A DNA stretch of 64,000 nucleotides, from contig NIVC01000337.1 of the NCBI GenBank assembly GCA_002269645.1, positions 496,001 through 560,000 on the forward strand, read 5' to 3'. Source of the DNA: Macrostomum lignano (taxonomy: Eukaryota). The stretch's first letter is position 1, and each line of letters begins with the position of its first letter. Below are positions 48,077-60,400 of the stretch, one piece after another. Under the pieces are notes generated by a model. The model was not told the DNA's origin. It made no database searches and saw nothing but the letters and a program-made list of their open reading frames with translations. Made by a program: the position numbers and the translations under genes.

Positions 48077-51000
48077 TCAGCGTCTCCAAACGCCAAGCCG
48101 GCCGATGGCGTCTTTGTTGTCGGCTCGGTGACTTCCCCGGAGCAGCAGGGCGTCGCTCAGGCGACGAGTCTCCGCCTCCAGCAGCGCCGCGTCCAGCCGG
48201 GGCTCCCGGCTGACGGTCGCCAGCGAGGCGTCGAGTAGGCCGCGGATTTCCATCAGCTCGCCGCCAGCGCGACCGTCGCCTCCGAGCTGGCGATGGCGTC
48301 GCAGCGACGACGACCGCCTCGATGCTCGCCGATGCTCCTCCTCAGCCGCTTCCTCCTTCTGCTGCTGCTGCACCTTCAGGGCTGAAATCTGAGGACAGGA
48401 GTTTCCATTCCCGTTATGAAATTCGCCTGAGATTCGATCCCAGATGTACAGCCAAATGTCACTGGAAGTCAAATGTCACTGGCAGTCAAATGTCACTGGC
48501 AGTCAAATGTCACTGACAGTCAAATGTCACTGGTAGTCAAATGTCACTGACAGTCAAATCTCACTGGCAGTCAAATGTCACTGACAGTCAAATGTCACTG
48601 ACAGTCAAATGTCACTGGTAGCCAAAAGTCACTGACAATCAAATGTCGCTGACAGTCAAATGTCACTGGCAGCCAAAAGTCACTGACAATCAAATGTCAC
48701 TGACAGTCAAATGTCACTGGCAGCCAAAAGTCACTGACAATCAAATGTCGCTGACAGTCAAATGTCACTGGCAGCCAAAAGTCACTGACAATCAAATGTC
48801 ACTGACAGTCAAATGTCACTGGTAGCCAAAAGTCACTGACAATCAAATGTCGCTGACAGTCAAATGTCACTGGCAGCCAAAAGTCACTGACAATCAAATG
48901 TCACTGGCAGCCACATGTCACTGACAATCAAATGTCACTGGCAGCCACATGTCACTGACAGCCAAATATTTCAATGCTGCAATCAAAGCAGAAAAGGCAA
49001 TAGGCTGGCGCAATATCTAAACACGCGCACCTGCTGCTCCAAGGCTCGGACACGCAGCCTCTGCAGCCGCTCCCGGCCTTCGAGCGCTCTCTCAGCGCGC
49101 TGGTGCGCCGCTCGCAGCCGGTCGGACTCCTGCTCGGCGTCCTCCAGTCGCCTGCGCGAGTCACGCAGCTGCCGCCGCAGGCTTTCATTCTCTTCCTCCA
49201 GGCGGCGCGTTGCCGAGGCGAAGCCGTCTCGCTCGCGCTCGGCCGCCTGTTCCACCCGTCAATGTTGTTTTTGGTGGGATTTTTCTTGCCATCAGCCCTG
49301 GAACCCCCCCCCCCACAATGTCTAGGCTGCTTCGGCTAAAGAACCGAGGAATAAGGCGAGTGAAATCGATGAGTCGCCTCGGGGTGGCAATCCTTGCTCA
49401 AGGTGGAAAAGCTCGGTCGGCATTTCGAAAGATGGAGCGCTTAAAAGAGGAACTTTTAAACTGAGTTTCAACTTTCAAAAAAAAAAGAAAAGGAAAGCTT
49501 TTCCATCGACTGCGGAGTGGGAGAATCGGAAAAAGAGACTCAAAAATAGGGCATTAGGGTCCATTTGCTTTCAGAAAATCCATGCCCGCTTCTGATCCTC
49601 TGACAACTGAGTCTCGCTGGCTCATGACCGCAAGGCGTGCGCCGGCGAAGTGCCAGCTTCATTCAAGAGCTGATGGGGCAGTAATCGGCTTTTTTTTGGG
49701 GGAGAGCATCGGCCTCGAACACTTACAGCTTTCTCGCGCCAATGTAGGTAGGAATTCTATTTTCTCATAAGGTAGGCTCGTAATAACATGCAGGAGAATG
49801 TCCAAAAATACCTCATGACGATATTCCACTGACGCGGATGCAGATTCCAGCTCGGCGTCAAACTGACGTTCACCTCTGGAGTGGCCGAACAGCTGAGTCT
49901 GCGAGGTGGATAGTTGATAACGTTTACAGCATAACCAGTTTATCATCAAATTATTGTTCAGTCAAAATACTCGTATCCTCAGACATCCTGACATTACCTG
50001 ATATTCGTTCAGTTACAGCTAGCTACTTGCTGCTCTGGTGCAGGTTTTCCTCGGGATCGGGGTGTCTTTGGGATCGGGGTGTCCTTGGGATCGGGGTGTC
50101 TTTGGGATCGGGGTGTCTTTGGAATCGGGGTGTCTTTGGGATCGGGGTGTCTTTGGAATCGGGGTGTCTTTGGGATCGGGGTGTCTTTCGGATCGGGGTG
50201 TCTTTGGGATCGGGGTGTCTTTGGAATCGGGGTGTCTTTGGGATCGGGGTGTCTTTGGGATCGGGGTGTCTTTGGGATCGGAGTGTCTTTGGGATCGGGG
50301 TGTCTTTGGGATCGGGGTGTCTTTGGGATCGGGGTGTCTTTGTAATCAAGGTGTCTTAGGGGGTATCTTTGGGATCGGGGTGTCTTTGGAATCGAGGTGT
50401 CTTAGGGGGTGTCTTTGGGATCGGGGTGTCTTTGGAATCGGGGTGTCTTAGGGGGTGTCTTTGGGATCGGGGTGTCTTTGGGATCGAAGTGTTTTTGGGA
50501 TCGGGGTGTCTTTGGGATCGGGGTGTCTTTGGGATCGGGGTGTCTTTGGGATCGGGGTGTCTTTGGGATCGGGGTGTCTTTGGGATCGGGGTGTCTTTGG
50601 GATCGGGGTGTCTTTGGGATCGGGGTGTCTTTGGGATCGGGGTGTCTTTGGAATCGGGGTGTCTTAGGGGGTGTCTTAGGGATCGGGGTGTCTTTGGAAT
50701 CGGGTGTCTTTCGGATCGGGGTGTCTTTAGAATCGGGGTGTCTTTGGAATCAGGGTGTCTTTGGGATCGGGGTGTCTTTGGGATCGGGGTGTCTTTGGGA
50801 TCGGGGTGTCTTTGGAATCGGGGTGTCTTTGGGATCGGGGTGTCTTTGGGATCGGGGTGTCTTTGGGATCGGAGTGTCTTTGGGATCGGGGTGTCTTTGG
50901 GATCGGGGTGTCTTTGGGATCGGGGTGTCTTTGGAATCAAGGTGTCTTAGGGGGTATCTTTGGGATCGGGGTGTCTTTGGAATCGAGGTGTCTTAGGGGG

Positions 51001-52553
51001 TGTCTTTGGGATCGGGGTGTCTTTGGAATCGGGGTGTCTTAGGGGGTGTCTTTGGAATCGGGGTGTCTTTGGGATCGAAGTGTTTTTGGGATCGGGGTGT
51101 CTTTGGGATCGGGGTGTCCTTGGGATCGGGGTGTCTTTGGGATCGGGGTGTCTTTGGAATCGGGGTGTCCTTGGAATCGGGGTGTCTTTGGAATCGGGGT
51201 GTCTTTGGAATCGGGGTGTCTTTGGGATCGGGGTGTCTTTGGGATCGGGGTGTCCTTGGAATCGGGGTGTCTTTGGAATCGGGGTGTCTTTGGAATCGGG
51301 GTGTCTTTGGGATCGGGGTGTCTTTGGGATCGGGGTGTCTTTGGGATCGGGCTGTCTTTGGGATCGGGGTGTCTTTGGAATCGGGGTGTCTTAGGGGGTG
51401 TCTTAGGGATCGGGGTGTCTTTGGGATCGGGGTGTCTTTGGGATCGGGGTGTCCTTGGGATCGGGGTGTCTTTGGAATCGGGGTGTCTTTGGAATCGGGG
51501 TGTCTTTGGAATCGGGGTGTCTTTGGGATCGGGGTGTCTTTGGAATCGGGGTGTCTTTGGGATCGGGGTGTCTTTGGAATCGGGGTGTCTTTGGGATCGG
51601 GGTGTCTTTGGAATCGGGGTGTCTTTGGGATCGGGGTGTCTTTGGGATCGGGGTGTCTTTGGGATCGGGGTGTCTTTGGAATCGGGGTGTCTTTGGAATC
51701 GGGGTGTCTTCGGAATCGGGGTGTCTTTGGGATCGGGGTGTCTTTGGGATCGGGGTGTCTTTGGGATCGGGGTGTCTTTGGGATCGGGGTGTCTTTGGGA
51801 TCGGGGTGTCTTTGGGATCAAGGTATGAATCCTTGATCAAGGATGGATCAAGGATCAAGGATCAAGATTGAGGTTATGTTCAATTCGAGTAGCATACGGG
51901 GTCAAATCATGGTAGAGTTGGTTTCTTCATGTACAAAAACTCCTGTAAACATCTCAAAGATAAATGGTAACTGCAGTTTTATAAGGATTTTAGAAATATT
52001 TTTCCAGCAAAACACGAATTCTGAAACCCTGAAACAGCTCAGCTGTTTCTCACATTGGAATGACGAACGGACGGATGAAGCGGCGGCGGCTGGGACACCC
52101 ACTGCCCATCGTCAGCATCTTCATCGTTCGCCTGTCGCTGGCAAGTGCAGACTAAAAGCGGACTCGTGGCCGAGTTCTTCCGCGGTGGCACCTGCCGGTG
52201 GTCGATCCTGCCAGCCGTGGGCGCGTCGTCATCTTCAGCGCCTCCGCGCCCGGCGTCAGACATGTCCGCAGGCAGGGAGCAGCTGGACGAGGCGCTGTTG
52301 ACGACGGCTCCTCCGAAACCGGAGGAAGCGTCGAATGCTCGAGGCGGCAGCGCAAAGGTGAGCGCTGGCGGCGTCTGCGGACCCAGGTCGGCCAGGTAGA
52401 ACTCGGGCCGCACGCGGATCAGCGTGCTCGCGGCAACGGCTGCAGAAGTCGGGACCTGCGATTTGTGCTGCTTCTGCTGCTGATTCATGTCCGGATTGGA
52501 GTTGAGCACTCTCAGGCCACATCCGCGTTTGTCTTCGCTCTTTAAATCCAGGT
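48077..52553 (-). CDS. Probable multi-exon coiled-coil protein. Supported exons: 52553-52054, 49898-49812, about 49250-49031, 48388-48077
   Basis: Heptad-rich segment RRLEEENESLRRQLRDSRRRLEDAEQE. Phase-0 junction EQQ|gtgcgc...cctcag|ISALK and a phase-0 exon at 49898-49812. The link between 49812 and about 49250 could not be resolved. Confidence 0.5.
48460..48965. repeat. 17-bp minisatellite (gtcaaatgtcactgaca) with a 51-bp higher-order period, intronic
   Basis: About 30 copies; its ORF peptide has a 17-aa period. Confidence 0.95.
50050..51830. repeat. 17-bp minisatellite (ggggtgtctttgggatc), about 100 copies, intronic
   Basis: Direct periodicity; explains the many overlapping 17-aa-period ORFs. 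Confidence 0.97.
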
Positions 52554-52815
52554 CTGAAACGCCCTACCTGAGTCTCTTGTGGAATAAGGATATTCTCTGT
52601 AATTAAAACGTTTTTTCATCGGGAATCTGTGGTCTACCAATCTTTATGAATTATTTATTTGGCTGTGGGCTGCGGTTTTGCACTGATCAGTGAATAGTGG
52701 TGTAGAAAAGCGAAGTAATTAGGGAGGATGAAGAGGGTCGCTTAATCTACGGAGGACAATCGCCCCGGTTTTGATGGCATCTACAGGAGCTCAAGCCATT
52801 TTATATTGTTTTAAA

Positions 52816-53090
52816 TAGGGGTTTTAGCCTAGTGGTTAGAGCGTCGAACTCACAACTGAAAGGTCGGGGTTCGATTCTCGACTCGCTCGGAACAACATTG
52901 ATTCACTTCGACCACCTGTAAATTACCCCAGCATTTCCTGGGGTAATTGAAGGTGTGCCTGGCGACCCCCCGGCCCAGTCCTTGGACTAAACAGCCCTAC
53001 GTAGCCTTCAGATGCGCCGCACAATAGCTGCGGCTGAGCTGTCGGTTGCAAATCTGCCCGTTAGGGCAGGTGTAATAAAAATAATGCTTT
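52816..53090 (+). mobile_element. tRNA-derived SINE of a second family
   Basis: A box tagcctagtgg, B box ggttcgattc and an anticodon-loop-like ctcacaa. Acceptor and anticodon stems do not pair. A body of about 200 bp follows, ending in an A-rich tail (gtaataaaaataat). Confidence 0.7.
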
Positions 53091-54474
53091 CAGGATAAAC
53101 TAGCAATCAGCGCCCCAGCGACCCTAACCCTAACCCATATAGACCTTTGTAGTAGTAGACCTTTGTAGTAGTAGACCTTTGTATAGACCTGGTAGTTGGA
53201 CCAGATCCGTAAGTAAACGATTCGGTGAAGTTCGGGTGACTGCGCATTTCTGTCTTGCTACTGTCAAGTAGGTCAGATTGCAACCTGCGCATTTAAAGAG
53301 CATACACGGACATAAATTTTGACAACTATACTGCAGTATCACATGGCAATCCTTGCGAAGGTCTACGCCCTATGAAAGTTTCGACGCGTTCTGACCTGGC
53401 CGCGTCAGTACAAGTGCCCGAAAGTGCATAGCGAACTTCTGTAAGTCATCAAATCAGACTCTATCCGAAAATTCTCTCACGCATCAATTGGCTTTTATCG
53501 CGTAGGCAAGCTGCCTTGATAGCTGGGACTCGAGCATCAGCCTCCGATTAAAGTGTAAACTTGAAGGCTGTCAGACGGGAACTGTGGTACAAGTACACTA
53601 AAACTGGGATGACATTTTCCGACCAGCTGAACGTTCGGCAGTTATATGACTCCTCCTGGGTCCGCCCGAAGATGCCAGTTGCTACACTGCTGGATTTATG
53701 ATGAAGCGGTGCGAGGCAGCAGCCCAACCGCCAGTTCCTTGCCGCTCACAGCGGTTCCGTCCGCCCTCGTTACCGAGGAGGCGAAATCAGGCGGGTAGCA
53801 ACTTGGAATGCAACCGAATGCAATCCTGCATTCCGAACAGCTTCATCTTGATTGACTGCTCCGCTCTCTTTCAGCCCGAATTCGTAGATAAAATCTCGGC
53901 CTCCGCATTGCTTGATTAGCATTTCCAAAGAAAAGCAAAACTATTGTGGTCTTGGAAGCAATCCATGGAAAAGCTGACTGGTTATGCAACATTAAAACAG
54001 ATCCGCCACTCTCCTTGGGCTGCTGTGTTATTACGTCACTCGCCGAGAAGACAGGTTTATACCAAGGGTCTTCGCTAATATTTAAGAACTATGCCATGGG
54101 AAAGCCAGGTAAGCCTCAGATCCCTATTGGTTCTGATCCCTGTTCTACCCTGCCTTCACAGGTACCGAGGCCATGCAGGAAAATTTGTAAACGGAAGGCT
54201 CTCGAGACTTTTATTGGCCAACCAGTGCCTGTTGCGGTGGCGATCAATTCCCAGTCTGAAGCCTCCACTCTCTCCTCTACATTTCTTTCCGCAATACGGA
54301 GCGCGGGTTTAAAGACTTCAGCCGTACCGTCTTTGCACCCTCCACTTCTATTCGGTTCTTTACATCCGGAAAGCAATTGAAAACCGCCTCATCCAGCCCA
54401 GACGCTTTTCTTTTTCACCTTGCCGCGCAGATTTGGTGCCGCCCGCCCTTCATTAAGCCTGAGCTAAGGGACCC

Positions 54475-57400
54475 ATGACGGTCCGGAACAGAACTCCATT
54501 TGCTACTGGGGTGGCTGCGGCGCTTGTTCTAGTGCTGCTGACGACAATTTCTGCTGCAGAAGCTCAAACGGGTAATAAATTATCTATAGTTCAAGATCCG
54601 CACCCGCTTCAACTTATCCGCATCACAATGAGTAGACGATTTTGGAAAAAGTTCTCTTACTCGTATTGAATCTAAAATATTTTTCTAACATCTATTTCAG
54701 TGCCATGTGCATCTGTGAGATGCTTAAAGATACAAACTATAATTCTTTATAATATTTCAGATCAAACTGAAACTTCAGGAGTAGCAGGTACAACACAAGT
54801 TATGCAGCCAGCGATAAATGAGGAACAAACAACTGAACAGCCAATAGCAACAGAAGAATTAACGACAAACAACGGACCAACGACTACAACTGAGGAACCA
54901 ACGACTGCAACTGAGGAACCAACTACTACAACTGAGGAACCAACTACTACAACTGAGGAACCAACTACTACAACTGAGGAACCAACTACTACAACTGAGG
55001 AACCAACTACTACAACTGAGAAACCAACTACTACAACTGAGGAACCAACTACTACAACTGAGGAACCAACTACTACAACTGAGGAACCAACGACTACAAC
55101 TGAAGAACCAACGACAACAATTGAGGAACCAACTACTACAACTGAGGAACCAACGACTACAACTGAAGAACCAACGACAACAATTGAGGAACCAACTACT
55201 ACAACTGAGGAACCAACTACTACAACTGAGGAACCAACCACTACAACTGAGGAACCAACGACAACAATTGAGGAACCAACTACTACAACTGAGGAACCAA
55301 CTACTACAACTGAGGAACCAACTACTACAACTGAGGAACCAACTACTACAACTGAGGAACCAACTACTACAACTGAGGAACCAACGACTACAACTGAAGA
55401 ACCAACGACAACAATTGAGGAACCAACTACTACAACTGAGGAACCAACTACTACAACTGAGGAACCAACGACTACAACTGAGGAACCAACGACAACAATT
55501 GAGGAACCAACTACTAAAACTGAGGAACCAACTACTACAACTGAGGAACCAACTACTACAACTGAGGAACCAACTACTACAACTGAGGAACCAACGACTA
55601 CAACTGAGGAACTAACGACTACAACTGAGGAACTAACGACTACAACTGAGGAACCAACTACTACAACGGAGGAACCAACGACTACAACGGAGGAACCAAC
55701 GACTACAACTGAGGAACCAACGACTACAACTGAGGAACCAACGACTAAAACAGAGGAACCAACTAAGGAATCCATGGCAACAACGGAATCAGGGAGTAGG
55801 GTAATAACTACAATGAATACGCCTCCAGGATCTCGAGGACGGCAGAACGAGACTGGAAGCGGAAGAAGCGCTGGTCAGCTCAACCCGCTTGTACCAACCA
55901 GTCAACCAACACCCAGCGATTCGATGCCAATATTAAGTAAGGGTGTTCTAATAAAAATAATTAGCATTAGTAATCTGTAGACTAAAAGCTATTTCTGTAT
56001 AATGTTAATATTTCCTAGATTTCGAGCCATGTCGTCAGGAGACAAGTCAAGGCGATCACATCAACGGGATGTCAGACTCGAGAGCCATCACAGTCTATGG
56101 CTACCAGCCCAATCAAGGTCGCTGCATGCCCTACAACTACTACGGTAGCGCTGGCTCCTCGAACCGCTTTGACTCCATAGAGTCATGTGAGAATTCTTGT
56201 CAGAGACGCTTTGAACGTGAGTTTCGCCAACCTTGCTATTTTTGCTTGGTGGGTTCTTCACTGCTACGAGCTTACATGCATACAAAGCAAATGAATGACT
56301 TGGGTTGTGGGAAAAATGCACTAGGGACACTAATGAGTCACGTTGCATTAAAATCAACTTCGTTAGAAAGCAGCAACATCAACTGCTCGTTCGAGGAGGC
56401 AACGGATTGCATCGACTACGACAGTTCGAAGTACTCAAGTAGTTCTCTTGTTTACTACTACGTGAAGAAGATCGGCACCTGCATCCAAGCTGTGCTCAAG
56501 GACACGGCCGAGTGCAGCAGGCTGGGAGAGACCAAGTTCTTCCAGCAGAAGCAAGCTTGCAGCGACCTGTGCGTGCGGCCCGCAACTGACAGTGTCATTC
56601 AGGGTGCGAGCCAATTTGCGCATTATAACTAAACGTTGAATCGACAACCTAAATTGAAGCCAACGTGACTCCCAATTCCAGATCGATGCTTTGCCGTTTT
56701 CAAATCCGAGAAGGACGGCACATTTTGCCCGTTCCGAGAGAAGAAGTACTTCTACAACGAGCAAACAAAGCAGTGCATCAGTCGGCAAGCGTGCGGCACG
56801 GAGGTTGTCAGCAACAGTTTTGCTTCCCTGGAGGAGTGTCAGAAGTTCTGTCTGCCCCGCTCTGTTGCAGGTCTGGGTCCATCTCAGTTCTACCTCTTAC
56901 TTTGGATGGCCAGGTTGTTTGCCATCTGTCGATGGGCAGCATAGGAAACGGAGGCAGATACAGAGACAAGATCAATGGCTCACGGAATGAAGGGCACACA
57001 ACCATATTTAAGCATGCAGTGTTGAACAAAGCAGCTAAAAATCTCTGCTTTAAGGATGGAGACACGATGTAGGAATCTAAACACAGGCAAACAAGTAGAA
57101 TGCCGAAATTAGTAAGAGAGAAACAGTGATCACTGTTTACCAACTTCAACCTGGCACACAAATCGCAAGGCAATAGTCGGGCCACAGCTCCCCTCGCCTC
57201 TGTGGAACCGGTTCCGTTCCAAACCATTCGAATGAAACTTGTTGTTGCAGAGCTCTGCAGCCTTCCGCGAGATCCCGGCTCGTGCGAATTCCAAGGGAAA
57301 AAGCTGCTCCGCTACTACTACGACTCGGAGCAGCTCAAATGCCAGCCGTTCAGCTATTCCGGTTGTCATGGAAACAAAAATCGTTTCTTTGATGAGGCCG

Positions 57401-60400
57401 ACTGCCGAAAGACTTGCGTTGTAGCGGCAGCTACAGCGCCGCCGCCGCGAACGTCGCTGAACAGCAGCCGACTGCCGACAGCGGATGATCAGCCGCCACT
57501 CCTAGTCGAAGGCAGCGTCTGCAGACTGCCACCGTCCGCTGGCTCCTGTCCTATGACGGACGGAAAACGACTGTTAAGGTACTTTTACGACCCAACGAAG
57601 GATGAATGCCGCACGTTTAAATACACTGGCTGCGGTGGCAACGGGAACAACTTCGAGACTGGCGAGGACTGTCATTACGCCTGCAGGAACTACAGTAAGG
57701 GAAGGGTGCTTATGAATAGTAGTAGTTTAAGTATCGTCTGGCTATTAATTTGCTACATGTAGTTCGTATATCTAAGAAGCAATTTCAATCAGTTTATTTC
57801 AGTTTGACGCAAACTAGGCTCGGTTTCAATGGCACAATAATTGAACTCTGATCCCCCCAGACTCGAGCCGACAGCCTTTGTGCCAGAGCACAGCACCGGC
57901 ATGTCCACCCGGAAGCCTGTGCGAAGCGCACCAGAAGCTTTGTAGCGGCAGCTGGATGGCCTTGGACATGATGCAGGACCGCTGCCAGCTGCCCAAAGAC
58001 GCTCCAACACCGCCGAGCGCCGAAACCGAAACTCGGAATACTGCCAATAGCCAGGGACAAGGATTCTACTTTGATTATAAAACTTTCAACTGCTACCAGT
58101 CCATGGGTAGACACGGAATCGGCATGAACTTCTTCAAATCGTGGGACGAATGCAAGAGCTTCTGCTATCCGGAAAAGAGACACCTAATCTGCTTCCTGGA
58201 GAGCGACCCCGGCCCTTGCAAGGTCAACCTGAAGCGATACTACTTTAATCAGACGACGGGCGCCTGTGAGGAGATGACATACGGTGGCTGCCTTGGCAAT
58301 CGAAATCGCTTCTTAACGATGAGCGAGTGCAAAAACATGTGCGAGGACCAGCTGCAAAGGGATCCCTGTTTGTACCCACCGTCTCACGGCCAGATCTGCC
58401 CCGGACAGACCCCGGAAGTCTCACGAAAGGTAATGTACTTTTACCGAGGTAGCACCAAAAATTGTTACGAGTTCACCTATAATGGCTGCGGTGGCAGTCG
58501 GAACCTGTTTGCCAGCGGGGAGCAATGCAAGGAGCAGTGCAGAGCCAGCCGAGTCGTCAAGATGCGAAGGCCGCGCGGAAAGGCTTCCGCTCGCTCGGCC
58601 GCACCCACCGCAGCTCGCCTACTAGCCACCACGACAAGCGCCACTACGACGACATCTGATCCAACCACAACAGCCATGGAAGCACCGACGCCGACAACAA
58701 CTTTCGGCATGGAGAAGTGCCTATCAGAGTCACCTGAAGTGGTTACCAAAACGCCAGCGGCCTCTTGTCCGGACGGAAAGCTCCAAAAGGTGTTCGTGTT
58801 CAAGAAAGAGACATTCAGCTGCGAAGTCTTCCAATCGGCGCTTGAATTCTGCGGCGACACGGAGCTGCGCGGTGCCGCCTTCTGGAGCCGCTCGGCTTGC
58901 GAGAGCGCCTGTCCAGTGGCGACGAAGAGTAAGCCGTGTCTGACTCAGTACTTCTATATGTGCTTCTAAACTGTATTGAAGTAGTTTTAAGGAGATTGAG
59001 GCTTGGATTCATCGCGAAAACTGTTGTCACGATTTTTTAAAGTGATGAAAGGCCACTCCGCTAAAGTCCGCGTTAATTATTTCAGAGTGCCCAACCAGCT
59101 CGCCATGCCCGACAGACTGCAAGTACAAGCGCAGCGTTCAGCAGCTTGACAGCAGCGGCTGCCTCATCTGCCGATGCTTTGATCCTTGCGAAGGAAAATG
59201 CCCGCCTACCGAGCGCTGCAAGGCCAGCTGCAACGATGAGCAGTGCTCCGAGGTCAATGCAAAGTGTTTAGCGTGTGAGTTTTCATCTGAGTAGTTAAGC
59301 TGGCATATCTATTTTGTTGGATTGCATTCTGCTAGGGCTACACTCACCAGCTTGTTTCTCAATCTCTACACTCTACACTCAATCAGCTTGCTTATCGAAA
59401 GTCGAAATAAAAAGCCGTAGATATTACTCCTGAGGTGAAGAATAAAAAGTAGTATATACTATTTCACCATTTTCACTACTTAGTGCTGAAGTTCTAATAG
59501 AATTTCGCGGCTTCAATGGTAGGCAGTTATGAATCCCTTGCATTCAGCCAATTTTCAACGAAAAACTCCGCAGTGACTCGCTCGGGCGACTGTCCGCCGC
59601 TGAAAATCTCTGGCGACGCCTGCGAGCGCCAGTGCGACTTTGACCTCGACTGCCCGGACGAGAGGCAAAAGTGCTGCCAGAGCGGCTGCGCCCAAGGCCG
59701 CTCCTGCCAGAATCCCTACCTGACGCCGCCGCCGCCGACAACGAATCGGCCGCCGCAGGTCCCGTGCGACAAGACGCCCCACGGCTGCTGCCCGGACGGA
59801 GAGACTACGGCGGACAACCCGAGTCTGACTAACTGCCCGCCGTTCGCTCCCAAAAGCAAGTTTCCCAGCCCCATGCAGAGCATCGTCGTGCTCGAGGGCG
59901 TTCGACTGAAATTGGACTGCGGCTTCTTGGCGGTGCCAAAGCCGACTGTGATGTGGCTCAAGGACAACCGGCCGGTGGTGCAAGACCAGCGAGTCCGCAT
60001 TGATGGCCAGAAACTGAAGTTGCGCCAAGTCACGGAATCCGACTCGGGCGAATACGAATGCTCCGCTTACAACTCAGAGGGCCAAGCCGCGCGCAAGATC
60101 AGTCTGGCAGTTCAGGTGCCCGCGACCATCCTGAGCCTCGAGGCGCCCGAGCAGCCGCTGCTGGTGCGGGGCGAACAAATCCAGCTGATCTGCAACGCTA
60201 CTGGGAAGCCAAAGCCGGAAATCCGCTGGCTGAAGTACGATCAGACGATTCCAGGGGAAATAGTGAGTTTGCTTCTAGCACACTCTGCTTCTATTCCACA
60301 TAGATAGCCGTAGATAAAACTAACACTCGAAACTCAAAACGAACGCAGGCCGACACACTGAATCTGACAGTCGGCCCCGCCGCAGTGGCTGAGTACACCT

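Noticed and set aside
50023-51871. Many overlapping repetitive ORFs, and a possible CRISPR-like array
   Set aside because: Head-to-tail 17-bp units with no unique spacers; the ORFs simply reflect a stop-free repeat unit. The same applies to the arrays at 6.6, 22, 23.5, 29, 30.5 and 48.5 kb.
52816-52890. Possible tRNA-Val(CAC) gene
   Set aside because: Acceptor and anticodon stems do not pair; it continues into a SINE-like body and tail.
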